A stretch of 59,046 nt of DNA, the filler included. It is 4 parts of 4 records of this genome, joined end to end, with 100 filler letters (N's around TTAATTAATTAA, not from the genome) between each part and the next. Parts side by side here need not be neighbours in the genome. Positions count along the whole stretch, not along the records: positions 1 to 29,908 come from SRR20825019_999; 3 more parts are not named here. One strand, 5' to 3'. The translations under genes were made by a program, and so were the position numbers. The notes beneath the pieces are model-generated. The model was not told where the DNA came from, did no database searches, and saw only the letters and a program-made list of their open reading frames with translations. Shown here in pieces: positions 1 to 11,882 of the stretch (positions within the stretch are counted from its first letter, which is position 1; each line of letters opens with the position of its first letter).

Positions 1-742
1 TCCTCCTCCTCCTCCTCCTCTTCCTCCTCTGAAGTCTCGGGTTCGGCCTCTTTCCTTGCGGACTCGTTCCTCTTTCCACTGGCACGAGCCAGACCACCTG
101 GCACTTCCCCGCGCTCCCGAGCCTCCCGGTCCCGCCGTTGCTTCTCCCTCAGCTTGGCATACTCCTCCGTGACGTGCTGCTTGTCAAACATCGGCTTCGC
201 ATGCTTTGCGTAAGAATAGTTTCCATTCCTGCCTACTGCCTTCTGCTCGCCATAAGTAACTCCATAGTTCTCCTTCCCAGGGGCAACATCTTCATACTCT
301 TTCTCGCCACTATCACCGTTACCATCACAAACTTCGAATGCGTCGGTCTGATACTGACGGTTACTAGACTCCTTCTTCGTGGGACCACGGGCAGCAATCA
401 TACGATCCTCCTCTTCTAACACTCGCTTCGCCTCTTCTTCAACTGCCTTTGACCACAGAGGGGAGTTTCGAAGTACCTTGTATTTGCACCTATGGGTGCA
501 ATAGTGAGCTGTATAAATTTCCCTTGTTTTCCGCTTGTCCTTAGGTTCCCATCTAAACTCAATGGACTCGCCCTCAATAACAGCAAGACAGTTGTCACAT
601 CTTTCAACAGTGCTTTTCTTCTTCTTAAGCTTGTTGTTCACCTTGTATAGAATCTTGCGAACATCTCTGTCCCCAAAGAGCTGGGTAATCCCGTTCATGG
701 CCCCACGCCACGTAAGCTAACCTTCCTGCCATGGAAAGGCAT
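1..742 (-). CDS. Partial gene (3' end outside the window): CxxC...YCxxxC (TRASH/FCS-like) zinc-finger protein with a poly-Glu tract
   Basis: The minus frame is open from ~698 to base 1: ...RDVRKILYKVNNKLKKKKSTVERCDNCLAVIEG...TAHYCTHRCKYK...ETSEEEEEEEE. The ORF track misses it because no stop lies in the window. The start is either ATG 698, or ATG 742 (MPFHGRK) followed by a 41-nt GT-AG intron. Confidence 0.6.
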
Positions 743-1746
743 ATTTTATTAGTGAATCGAAACTGACGCACACGCGAAGCACTAAAGAGACTCAAACAGG
801 CTGCGAAAATCGGGAAGACCTGCGAGTAGCTATCTCAGTAGGTCACCTACTTGGCTGGAACCAGTAGATCGGCTAGTATCCAGCAACGTCGCGGCACGAG
901 CGGATCCAAGCGTACCCTGGCTGCTGCGTTTGTGGCGGCGAGGGAGAGCTGTGAGCCGAGCGACGGATTGAGCGGAGAAGTCGAGGACGAAGTCGAGTAA
1001 CGCCCTGCTGGGGCACCCTGCACGACCAGGCCTGGCCGTTCCCCGATTCCGCGAATCGCCGATTCTGAGCTTTAGTGGAAGCGCCGGTGGTGGTGGGACG
1101 GCTTGCCGCGTTGGGAGTTATCGCCTGGGCCGGCGATCACAACCAGATCTCATCAGACTCAACCGCGTTGCAAACCAGTCCAGCAACGGCATGACAACAC
1201 CTGGCACGTCAAGGCCCTTGTGAACTGTTTGAACGGATACTATATATAGCGATTAACCTCAATATAACGAATGAGCTAACCGCTAGAACCTTAGGCCTTC
1301 GTCGAAATCATTGCGCTCCGGACGGCTACCATTTCGAATCTCCCAAGACACGAATCATTACTCTAGTCCACCGATTCGATATGAGTTTCCAGCCTTCACC
1401 CAGACCATCTCTGCGCTACGCATGGCAAGGCGGACGGTGCCGCGGAGGCTGCTTGTCCGTTGCTCGATTGTTCTTAACCAATGATTTCGATGACTCCATG
1501 ACGGCATTGTCAGTCCGTCACGTGCCATGGGACAGCCGGCGGCATTGCAAGGTTCTCATCAGCAGGGGGGCGGTGGCCAGCTTATGTAGGCCCCAGGTCA
1601 ACTAGGTCAGCCACTGTCAGCCCGACGTTGGGCAGCACTCCACAACCCACTGGTGGCACACTCCATTACCATGGTCTCCCTTTGACGCACTCAGAGCAAT
1701 ATATATACGGCATAATCATATCATTCAATAAGGATAGTTGATAAAA

Positions 1747-2040
1747 ATGACCAACTCTGAGCTCTCCATGAGGAACTACGAGAATCCTTCCTCTCCCAAG
1801 GCTACACATACGGTATGTCTTTCACTCAACCTATGACTGCCTCCAGGCTGAGACCAACTAATTTATCAGGCCCCTGAGTGCGAGGCGTTTGCCGAACGCT
1901 TTTTCAAGTGCTATTCTAATACCCGGAATGGTGTCATGCAAGGTTCTGGTGCTCAGCCGAGATCCCCAAAGATCTGCGCCAAGGAAATGAGTTTATATGG
2001 AAAGTGCATGAAGGCTCGCTTGAGCCGTGGTCCGAACTGA
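1747..2040 (+). CDS. Small twin-CX9C (CHCH-type) protein, 78 aa, probably mitochondrial intermembrane space
   Basis: Exons 1747-1812 and 1870-2040; the 57-nt intron GTATGT...CTAAT...TCAG. The spliced product contains C-EAFAERFFK-C and C-AKEMSLYGK-C. Confidence 0.75.
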
Positions 2041-2260
2041 TAACCGAGATCTGTTCTTGTCAACCATAAGCATCTTTCTGCCCTTGAAACCGACTCAAGA
2101 TTTCCGAAGCGTCTGGTTTTCTCTCCTCGTTCTGACTAAAGAGAACATGTTCCTGCATTTCTTCACGTTGAAACCTTGCTTGTTCGGATATGATTTGAAC
2201 GAGATAACTACCACCATAACTATACTGGGTCAAGCCGAGCCATACAAGCTGTGAACATGT

Positions 2261-3188
2261 TCAAACGTCCCCCAGTGTAAGGTCTCGAACGCTACTGCCG
2301 AGCATGTGCAAAGTCGCCGAGTCAAGACTAGTTTGACCCAGCCCGTCAAGAGGATCCTCTACACTACCATCTGTGTGGGACCCTGTACTCAAGTTGACAC
2401 CTGAAAGAGTCGAAAGCAGTGAATGGTCAAAACCAATGCTGGACTTCCGCTTGTGTCCCATCTTTCTTGCAATGAGGTACTCCCGCAGATACCATGCACA
2501 AGCGGGCTTGTTGAAGTCATGAGCATAACTCATGGGTGACCGCCCTTGCTGCAAGGAAGGCGGTCAGTGCTCTACCTCGTCCACATAACCGAGGCACACA
2601 CATAGTCAAGGACATCTAGTTTCACATCAAATTCCTCCACCAAAGCCTGAAGAGCTTCCTTTCTCCCCGCCATGGCCGCGTAATGGCACGCATTCCTGCC
2701 CATCTGATTCATAGTATATGGGTGAGATTGACTCTCGAACCATCAAGCAATGTCCACAACATACATAGTCAACAGCGTTTCGATTCGTCAGCGTGTCTGA
2801 CGCAATCAGTCGCAGAGACTCCAGTGCTCCCACAAACGACGCAGTATGAAGTGGAGTAGAGCCGTTCTGCAACGTGTCAGCAACGCATCGTCACCAGCAG
2901 GCAGGACTCACCTTGTCCGGGGTCACATGAGCCGCACGGGCCATGAGGATTTCAACCACCTCTGGGTGATTGTTGAACGCCGCAACGTGTAAGGCTGTTC
3001 GGTGATGCTGTATAGGTTTCGACCGGTAAGGATAGGGCTACAAGTGTCTCCACACTTCTTAGACAAACCTGGTCAGTCTCGTTAACGTTGACGCTGATCA
3101 CATCAACGAGTCTCAATACTTCAGCAACATCGCCAGATTTGGCTGCGTTAAAGAGTTTTGGGTACTTAACGCGCCTGGCGCGCGGCAT
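2261..3188 (-). CDS. Ankyrin-repeat protein (multi-exon; 3' end approximate)
   Basis: Spliced repeats LFNAAKSGDVAEV, RTALHVAAFNNHPEVVEIL, GSTPLHTASFVG, GRNACHYAAMAG and GRSPMSYA, separated by phase-0 GT-AG introns. Confidence 0.8.
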
Positions 3189-4125
3189 GGTGTGGTCTTC
3201 TTCACTGGGCCTGCAGTGACTCCTCGAAACGACAAACCGTTGGATATATACGCCGTGTCAGTGCTGACTTCACACGCTGAGACTATGACCTCGCGGGGCC
3301 GGCGTTGGGATGCACAGGCCGGGGTGGCGGATAAGACGCTGCCGCGCCAGTGCCTAGATGAGGCTCTCAGTAACCGGACTCCGCGTCCGGTGGGCCGGGG
3401 CCCGGCCGGACCCCCCGACCCGGCGGCGGGGGGGCACCCGGCCGCGGCAGTCGGGCCCGGGGGCGGGCCGGGGGGGAGTCCCGCGGCTGACCCGTCCGGT
3501 CGATCTCCATCCGTGAGATTGACTGCTAACTTTAAACGTCTTTGGTATTCGTTTTATCGAGGGTTTTGTTATAGGGATCAATTTCGCTCCATCATGATGG
3601 AGCGTAGGCCGGACTGACTCAGGAGCAGTCAGGCCGGTGAGCGCGGCTTGTGTGGGTGGTTGACATGATCACGTATAGTACTCACGTTCATAGCTGAGTG
3701 CCGGAGGAGACTCCGTGGGGTCGGACGCCGCGAGACTTGGACGAGAGCGCGACAATGACTCGAGGTCCGGCTGGGTGCTCCGGGCTCTGGCTCGTCCAGT
3801 CACCGGGCGCAGCGGCCGCTTTTGGGCCGCGGCTACAGCTAGCTAGTCACTGGGCGCCCGCCCCCGCCCACACAAACAGAAACACCGCGGGCACTTGTCA
3901 ACACACTGTACGGCGACCACGGTGATCTCGCGACTACTCCGGACTCATCAAACAGAGAGGCATTCACAAAGGCATCGCCAGTCCCAGAACAGAGCGCTTC
4001 CGCTATTCGGGAGTCTGCCTCCAACCGTTCCTCCTTGTTGAAATAGTGGCAGGTCCGCAGCATTTGTACTGGTTCGAGTGTACGTACGTGGTCAAAAAAA
4101 TATTGTTCCTATCAGCGCACGCAAT

Positions 4126-7100
4126 ATGGGCTTGTCCAGAACCGCCCTGTTTGCTGCCCTCCTGGTGGTGAGCGTGGCGTGGACCATGGCTAATATCCGG
4201 AAAACGAAGGAAGGAGCAGAAACATTTGGAGGTGACTCGATTGACGCATCGACGCTTCCGCTCCCAGACGACGCCACAATGCTCGACCCGGAGTGGGCGT
4301 TTCATCAGCAGGGACCGGGCAAGATCATTGACAAGAGTGCCGGCGCGAAGAAAGAGGAGGAGCACCCCGAGCACCACATGAAAGTCCTTGATGATCTCTT
4401 TAAGGAAACGGATGACAGTGAGCACCACGATGAAAAAGGCCATCCGGATCATAAAAGGAAGCACCTTCACTTCGGGCATCAGCGGAACGTGGCGTGGAAT
4501 GACGAGGAGTTTGATGACTACGAGGCTCTCTCGCACGTGCCGCACGCGGCCGTGGGCCACCTGGCGTTGATGGATGGTTCACAGAATGCCACCTACTACC
4601 AGTTCATGGATGCAGAGTGGCTCAACCAGAACGCTGTTTTCAAGGGACGCCGGGCGCACTACCTCTCGAACTCACAAGCTCAAGATATAGCCCGGCAGGA
4701 GAAGGTGCATCAGCAAACCGGGCGACTGGACTTCGGTGTTGGCGGAACAACAAACACGAAGCTGTTCGAGGTCCCTATTACTGACGAGAACCAACTGGAG
4801 GAATCTATGGACTATGTTGTGAGAATAGAGGTGATGGCGGAGGATCTGACGGCTGACAACGACCTCTCCATCGGTTTGTCCAACGGTGAGGACGTGCTGG
4901 TCTTCGAAAGGAACGATGCTCACAACAGGATGTGCGGAGGCCTGTATCATGGACGGGATAACGGTGACCGTGTGGACAACTGGCAGCGCGGGCCGAAGAC
5001 TGGCAGGTCTTCGTACACCCACCAGCACTTTGGCTTAAAGATCACTTTGGATCATCAAGGATATGCCACCATGCTAGCAGACTGTGGCGCGACGGTGAAG
5101 CCGGCCATATGGTCCCCACCTAAAAAGTTTATCAAGTCGAGGCCCATCAAAGTGGTTGCGGTGGCGAACGACCGCGGAGAAAAGTACGGGATATACGGCA
5201 TTCAGGTGTCCATCCACCGTGAGGGCACATTCAACAGGCTGATGACTGGCGAGTGGCTATTTCATCACGCGACACAGCCAATCCAACAAAAACGGCAGGG
5301 GTTCAAATGGAAGCTGAAAAAGGAACGCCTGGTGTTGGGGGAGGCCGACAGTGCGAAGCAAAAGGTGCTCGAGGTGCCCCTGGTGCCTAGTGGAGCGATG
5401 CTGGATACCCTCGATTATCATGTGAAAGTGAAGGTTTATTCCGAGGACCTCACCCCGGACAACGATCTAACTGTTGGACTGACCGACGGCATCAGCACTA
5501 TTGCCTTCCAGCGCGTGGACAGAAGCTCTGATTATGGTGGTGTCCTTATGTCGTGCGAGGACGGTGACGCATTGACGACGGGCCTCACCCTGCTGTCCAA
5601 ATGCCTATTAATGGAGAGGGTCACGCAGCGTGTCTTCGAGATGGATGTGCGGCTTAGCCATAACATGACTTATGCAGCGGCTGGAAGTAGCATCTCGTTC
5701 GTCAGCGCGTCGTTCATGACTGACAAACCCTTGGACAAGACTCGCGGTCTCTCCCTAGTGCTTTACAGGGACGATGGCGCCGAGCAGTATGCTATCCATG
5801 CCATTGATTTCGAGGCTAATGTCGGCACCCTGAACCAACTCATTACTGCCGAGTACATCTGGGGCCACGGCCGTGTGTCGAGTCGGCGGGCCACTGAGAT
5901 TGTGAATGCTGGAAAGAGGGACGGGCGCTTGGATTCGCTCCCTCCAGCCGCGGGACTTCTCTTCAAAAAGGGCGGAGACACGGACTACGAGGTCCTCTTC
6001 GAGGAGGTGGTGGTGCCCCCTAACACGATGACTCAGTCCCAGACATACACCGCAGTTCTGCGGGGATACGTCGGGACGGGAGATCATGGGCTTGTGATCG
6101 GCCTTACAGATGGCCACAACATTGCTGGAATCGAGATGGCGTCGGCCGCCCAGGACACTACGGGGCATAACCTTGTCACACACCGGCCCTTCTGGGACAA
6201 ATATAACTACTACGACCTTGAGAATGCCCCAGAGAGCGGCGAGAGCTTCGGTCCCCCCAACTCAGGACGGCGGCACGAGCGGGGTTACTTTGAGATTCAT
6301 ATTGGATTCGGGGGTCAAACCACGAGGGTGTACACGAGCTGTGATTCTAAGGTGCCGTCGTCGGGCTGGGTTGCGAAGGAGAGACTGAGGCCGGAGGAAG
6401 GACTGAGGCTTATTGTGGTGTCTCAACAGCCCAAGTACGATCAGACCTTCTATGAGACCACGGTGATGATCCAGAAGGAAGGCAACAGGGGAGGGGTGGA
6501 TTGCCCCCGGCATTGTAGCGGGAATGGCTACTGCGCCTTTCACAAGCTGTGCATTCAGAAGCACCCTGATCGTGGGCCCATCTATGAACACTGCCCGCTT
6601 ACCCCGGAACAGCCCAAGCCACGCGTATACGAGCCAATATGCTCCTGTGACCCTAATTGGACCGGAAATGACTGCTCTCTGGAGAAGGATACGCCCACAG
6701 AGCTCTACAGCGATCTCCGAGGCTGCAAGATGACGACCGGTGTGATGCACATCGATGAATTCAAGCCCCACGGGGTCGTCTCGGCAGATATGAAGGAAGC
6801 CGTTCAGAAGTTTGGGTTGGTGATGGCCAAGCACAACTCGTCGAGCCACGATGACAGCGGTGCTGCCGCCGTTGCGGATGCAGCCATTACGGATGCAGCC
6901 CAGACCGCCAGCGCGGAACTGGACGAAATTTTCTCGGGCCGCGACCCCGCCGATGCCAGTCCGTCGGATCTAGGGACTCCGGCCGCGGACTACGAAGAAA
7001 CGGACCCGACTTTCAACTTTGCGGGCAGCGGATCAGGGGGCAACAACGACGATGTTGACTTTGGGGAGGTTGAGTCGGACGACCAGTCCGAGGGTGGGCA

Positions 7101-7356
7101 GACCCCAAGCGTGGAGGACAACAGTGACCAGGATGCTGAGGACGAATATGAGGAGGAGTTCCAGAGCGTGTTCAAGAATGACGCGGATGCGGACTCGGAC
7201 GCCGCCCCGCATTCTGCCAACATTGTCCATGGGTCGCACTTGGACGACTTTGATGCGAGCGGGGAGCTCGCGCCGGTCGGTAGCGTCTCCGCGGATGACT
7301 TCGCGGAAGAGATCAACAAGCTCGGCGCAGAGCTCAAGCACGGTCAAAGCTCATGA
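4126..7356 (+). CDS. Secreted protein: signal peptide, His-rich segment, three ~200-aa tandem domains, EGF-like domain, acidic tail
   Basis: Long uninterrupted ORF. The likely start is MGLSRTALFAALLVVSVAWTMA at 4126. The repeats share FMDAEWL/LMTGEWL/LITAEYI and DNDLSIGLSNG/DNDLTVGLTDG/DHGLVIGLTDG. EGF-like segment CPRHCSGNGYC...CSCDPNWTGNDCS. Confidence 0.8.
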   Translation: MGLSRTALFAALLVVSVAWTMANIRKTKEGAETFGGDSIDASTLPLPDDATMLDPEWAFHQQGPGKIIDKSAGAKKEEEHPEHHMKVLDDLFKETDDSEHHDEKGHPDHKRKHLHFGHQRNVAWNDEEFDDYEALSHVPHAAVGHLALMDGSQNATYYQFMDAEWLNQNAVFKGRRAHYLSNSQAQDIARQEKVHQQTGRLDFGVGGTTNTKLFEVPITDENQLEESMDYVVRIEVMAEDLTADNDLSIGLSNGEDVLVFERNDAHNRMCGGLYHGRDNGDRVDNWQRGPKTGRSSYTHQHFGLKITLDHQGYATMLADCGATVKPAIWSPPKKFIKSRPIKVVAVANDRGEKYGIYGIQVSIHREGTFNRLMTGEWLFHHATQPIQQKRQGFKWKLKKERLVLGEADSAKQKVLEVPLVPSGAMLDTLDYHVKVKVYSEDLTPDNDLTVGLTDGISTIAFQRVDRSSDYGGVLMSCEDGDALTTGLTLLSKCLLMERVTQRVFEMDVRLSHNMTYAAAGSSISFVSASFMTDKPLDKTRGLSLVLYRDDGAEQYAIHAIDFEANVGTLNQLITAEYIWGHGRVSSRRATEIVNAGKRDGRLDSLPPAAGLLFKKGGDTDYEVLFEEVVVPPNTMTQSQTYTAVLRGYVGTGDHGLVIGLTDGHNIAGIEMASAAQDTTGHNLVTHRPFWDKYNYYDLENAPESGESFGPPNSGRRHERGYFEIHIGFGGQTTRVYTSCDSKVPSSGWVAKERLRPEEGLRLIVVSQQPKYDQTFYETTVMIQKEGNRGGVDCPRHCSGNGYCAFHKLCIQKHPDRGPIYEHCPLTPEQPKPRVYEPICSCDPNWTGNDCSLEKDTPTELYSDLRGCKMTTGVMHIDEFKPHGVVSADMKEAVQKFGLVMAKHNSSSHDDSGAAAVADAAITDAAQTASAELDEIFSGRDPADASPSDLGTPAADYEETDPTFNFAGSGSGGNNDDVDFGEVESDDQSEGGQTPSVEDNSDQDAEDEYEEEFQSVFKNDADADSDAAPHSANIVHGSHLDDFDASGELAPVGSVSADDFAEEINKLGAELKHGQSS

Positions 7357-7505
7357 GCCACATCGGACGGGTAAAATAAAGATGAAACCACATCGCTGCA
7401 TTTCATCGCTGATGTTTGTTCAAGGCGATTCCAAGGCGCCTGGCCATGGTCCATGCACGCCACCCTCACAACACACCGCCAACAATTACGGGAGAACCTC
7501 GCGAT

Positions 7506-8949
7506 TTATGACTGCTTCACGCTGATGAACTCCTCCAACACCGCCTTCTGCGCATTGTACTTCTGGCGGACCTGTTGTAGCTCCTTCTCCTCATCCGCGT
7601 GCAACTGCGCAAGCATCTGCTTCAACTCCGTAATTGATTTCTGCGCAATCATACCATCAGCACCCCGTCTGCAGAGCACGACCGCAGTGTCCAACGTACA
7701 GTGGATGGATCCCCTCCCTCACCCAGCGCCGAGCCCTGAAAGTACTGCATGAACGATGGTTTCTTAGTCGTTCCCGCCCCTTCCTTGATGATTCGGCTTT
7801 GTAGCACACTCGAGCCGGCATCATCGTCATCATCGTCATCATCATAACTGCACAAAACGCGGCATCAGCACAACTTTCCGGTAAGGTCTGGATTCCATGC
7901 TTACTAAGGCTTGCGATATGTCTCGTGGGCAGGCTCTGGCTTGAGATCGTTCGCTTCCTCTTGCAGGCGCTCTTGCCGAAACCTTTCTACGATCGGCAAC
8001 GCCTCAACTGCCAAACTCGAGAGAATTTTTGCTGTGTCTCCTTCATTAAACTTCGTAATGAAAGGATGCCTGCATTGCACCGTAAGACGGACGGCAGGTC
8101 AAGGAATGATTTGACTATCTTACCCAAGGAGCTCCCTCGCGGACCAGCGATCGGCAGGCTCCTTCACCAAGCACTTTGAAACGAAGTCGCAGAGCTCGGG
8201 GGAGAATTTCGCTGCAAAGTTGGGCGGTGAGCGCATGAAACGAGCAATCATTGTCATCAATACGCACATGATGACAACTCCGGAGGTTGTGCACTTGGAA
8301 TGAGGAAGATAACCCTCACCGGGGGGATGTTACACCAGGGCGGTGAACCCTTAGCCATTTCGATCGTCGTGATTCCCAGCGACCATATATCCGACGCCTG
8401 GTCATATGGGTTCTCAACAATAACCTCGGGAGCCATCCAATACGGAGTCCCAATTAAGGTCTTCCTCTTTCCCATGGTCCCTTGCATTTCCGCCGACACG
8501 CCAAAGTCTGTAAGTTTCGCAGCCCCGTTGTCACAGAGCAATATATTCCCGGCCTTAATGTCACGGTGAATCATTCTATTCTCATGGATATGTACAAGCG
8601 CTTGAAGTGTATGGTTAAGCACAGCCGATATTTGACTCTCGTTCAACGGCTGCCCAGAGCTGTCGATTATGTCGCATATGCTTCCCACACCGGCAAACTC
8701 CATAATAATCCAAAGGTCATGGTCGTGTATAAAACTGTCCTTGTACTGCACAATGTGGTCTTCATGGAAACTCTTCATGATATTAATTTCCCTCATGAAC
8801 TCGCTCGTGTCGGTGTCAGCATTTACAATCTTCACCGCGACGATGTCGTCGTTCTGTCTGTCGTGAGCTTTGTACACATTACCATACGAACCCTCGCCTA
8901 GGATTTGAAGGAGCTTATACCTCGAAGCCTCGGTGCCTCTCCTCGCCAT
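7506..8949 (-). CDS. STK4: Hippo/MST1-2 (STK3/4, KrsA-like) STE20 kinase with C-terminal SARAH domain, 5 exons
   Basis: Kinase motifs GEGSYG, VAVK, HRDIKAGNILL, DFGVSA and TMGKRKTLIGTPYWMAPEVI. Spliced downstream exons give LLGHPFI, KPSFMQYF (MST1 has KPSFLEYF) and SITELKQMLAQLHADEEKELQQVRQKYNAQKAVLEEFISVK (SARAH). Confidence 0.88.
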
Positions 8950-10102
8950 TTGCTTCTGCGTCTCAATCCGTCACTGACTGATGACAGGATACTCATATAC
9001 ACTGGAGGGGCGGCGTACTTATAAAGGCCTACCGCCTATGAAGGCTTCGTCTAACCAGGGGTAGCCTCCGACCGCTTCCGTCGCATTGTCCTTCTCCATT
9101 CTTGGAGGGGCAACAGGTACAGAGAGGCAGGGGCCGGGCTGGGCACGACTGCGGAGCAGATGGACTGGAGGGCAGACGAGCGATCCGGCGGCGAGTTGCG
9201 GCCCTGCTGACGCGTGATGAGTGGCCAGACCCGTCAGTTCGGCTGCGTGCTGTGCACCGGGTGCCACCACTCCGGGGAGGACGGGCCGTGCAGGCTTGTA
9301 CAGTGGGGTGGTCTGGGAGAGTGGCCTGGTGGTGGTCGTCGTCGGGTCATTCTGATGAGGGCCGCGGCAATCGAAGCCTGCTGCAGGCCGTCAGGCAGTG
9401 CCGCCGGACGGCAGCCTGACGCCGTGAGGGCTTTCGCCTTGTCATAACATGAGGATAGCCAATGGATACAAGAAATCCGAGGTGTTTGAGAGGCAGCCGG
9501 TTTCCGTTCTGGAGTACAGCCCCCGCCCCCCCAGACGGACTGGCCGGATCGGCCCCACGTTCATTGGCGCCGCCGCCTCATCCCCGTCGAGGCTTGCTGA
9601 GCAAGGGAACGAAGCGACCGGACCTGACCAGACTGGATGAGACGGCCGGACGGATGGCCCGCCTCGCGAACGCCGGGCAGCAGGCCGGCGCACGCGGCGC
9701 CCGGCCCGGCGGGTGAGTGCACGGCCGTGCCCCGGCGGACTGGTCTGCCAGTGCGGGCCCGGGGCCCGGGGGCCGGGCCCGGCGCCCAGCCTCCGGGAGC
9801 GGCCTGTGCGGCGAGCCAGCCGTCCGCCCGGCCTTTTGGACCCGGCACCCGGACCGCCGGGTCATTGGGTCCTCAGCCGGGCAGGCTTGGGGACCTCTTT
9901 TCCCGCACCGTTGGCTGCAGGCTGGGTCGGGACCGAGCAACCGGGCCCCCACGCCCGGCCAGTTTTTCCACGACGCGTAGCGGATGGGTTAGTTAGGTGG
10001 AAGCTTGTGTGTGATGTTTTCGATGTATCCGCTCGGCGCTGAACCAAGTCAGATATAAGGACGTTGAACACTACCTTCCGCCAGGAATTGTTTCGTGTCG
10101 AA

Positions 10103-11357
10103 ATGGCGACGAGGAACCATACCAAGTTCTTCATGGACACGCGGGAGCGCTGCAAGGCTATGAAAAAGACCAACCGCAGCGCCATTACAGAAATGACGGA
10201 TATGCGTGGGGGCTTTGCAAATAAGGGACTACTGGCTTCCAACTCTGACATTGAGGAGCCAATGCCAGAGATGGACCTCTCGCTGCCGCCGCAGTGGGTT
10301 GATATTGTAGAGGAGGTCAACGTGGACGTGGCACGGATCAAGGACAAGAGTACGTGGACGCAGCACCAGCAGTGTGCTCCTTACTAACACCGGACTGTAG
10401 TGTCGGAACTTTCTAAGCTGCACTCAAAACACATTTTGGTCTCCTCCTTTGACGATGTTGACTCAAACCAACACGAAATCGAGCTAGTAACCCAAGATAT
10501 TTCCAGGGTACGGACGCGTTGCTTTTGGCGAGACAGTTCCTGACGGGCTTGTGTTCAGTTATTCCACAACGCAGAAAAGAAGATCAAGGCTATTGGACGA
10601 AGGGCAGCACAGGGAACGGAGATAACACATCAGGAGGCCACTCTACGCAAGAACATTATGAGCAACCTGGCCGGACAAGTCCAGGAACTTTCGTTGACTT
10701 TTAGGCAAAACCAAAAGAGATACCTGAAGGGTGGGCAGTCTGGTGTTGTGGCGCACTGCAAAACTCACTCTTGTCGGCGTAGTGCTCAAGGATCGGGAGG
10801 AGCAAGGGGACGCATTCGTGATGAAAACCAAGGATATTGAGACGGTTACGCTAGATGACCTTGACGATGAAACACTCTATGACCCAGTACGTACCAGCTA
10901 CGGTGGACCCTTACGTAGGCTTCGCTGACGGCATTCTCTTGCAGGGATTCACCGGGCAGCAGCTGTCCCAGCTAGAAAACAGTGAGGCGCTTGTCTCGGA
11001 GCGCGAACGTGAAATCAAGCAGATCGCAGCGTCGATTCAGGATTTGTCTGTGATTTTCAAGGAGCTGGCCGTTCTGGTCATTGACCAGGGAACCATTCTG
11101 GACCGCATCGACTACAACGTCGAACAGGTTGCTCAGAAGATGGAGGGAGCGGTAAAGGAACTTGACAAGGTCTGGCACGTGCTGTGTGTGGTATTGGGGG
11201 GTTGCTTAAGCGTGTGCCACAGGCTGCTGGATATCAAAAGAATGGACGTTTCTATCTTTGTGTGCTGCTGTTGGTGCTGATGATCTTCGGGCTCGGAACA
11301 AGTTTCATCATCAAAATGATCCTCAAAAATGGCCAGCCTTTCAGCGTCTTAGGGTAA
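10103..11357 (+). CDS. STX16: Syntaxin-16 / Tlg2 / SYP4 Qa-SNARE (multi-exon)
   Basis: N-peptide MATRNHTKFF, LPPQWVD, SNARE motif EREREIKQIAASIQDLSVIFKELAVLVIDQGTILDRIDYNVE, and C-terminal TM FYLCVLLLVLMIFGLGTSFII in the last exon. Stop at 11355-11357. Confidence 0.92.
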
Positions 11358-11882
11358 GCTGAGAGAAATAAAATATATTGGAGTCAACAGCGGATATGGC
11401 GTCAAGCCATTGGTCAGGGGTCTAGCCGGGCGGGTTGCGGGCCGCCATGCGGGAAGGCTGCTCAAGCGATAGTTAAGATGGGGAGGTGGGGAGGCTTTGC
11501 TTGAGGGGCTCGACGGGTCGCAAGAAACGGACTGATCGGGCGTCATATCGCCAGGGAGTCCCGCCCTCACAGTCAGCCATTGTGGGAGACATCTGCCGCC
11601 TGCGCCGAGCAGCGCCGGCGTCGCCGCTCCGGTCCGGCAGTCGCACCGAAGCGCGCCGCATCATTCATTCATACGCGCCGCCGCGGCCCGGGCCGCCCGG
11701 GGCGCCGGCGGCCGGCGGGGCCACTCGAGCGATGCTCTCATCCTGGAGCCACTCCCCTTGCACCCGCGGGCCCCGCCGGGCCGGCAGCCCCCGGCCGGGA
11801 GAACGTGGTGAACCCCTTGAGGCAGGACACCTTTACATGTTTGCAGCTCCACCAGGAAGTACTGAGTACCAACCGCAGCCCC

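Noticed and set aside
9000-10060. Many overlapping Arg/Pro/Gly/Ala-rich ORFs here and in other GC islands (3192-3617, 19833-20480, 25145-25696, 27622-27900, 44043-44482, 46313-46706)
   Set aside because: Stop codons are scarce in extremely GC-rich DNA; no domains; these are upstream non-coding regions.
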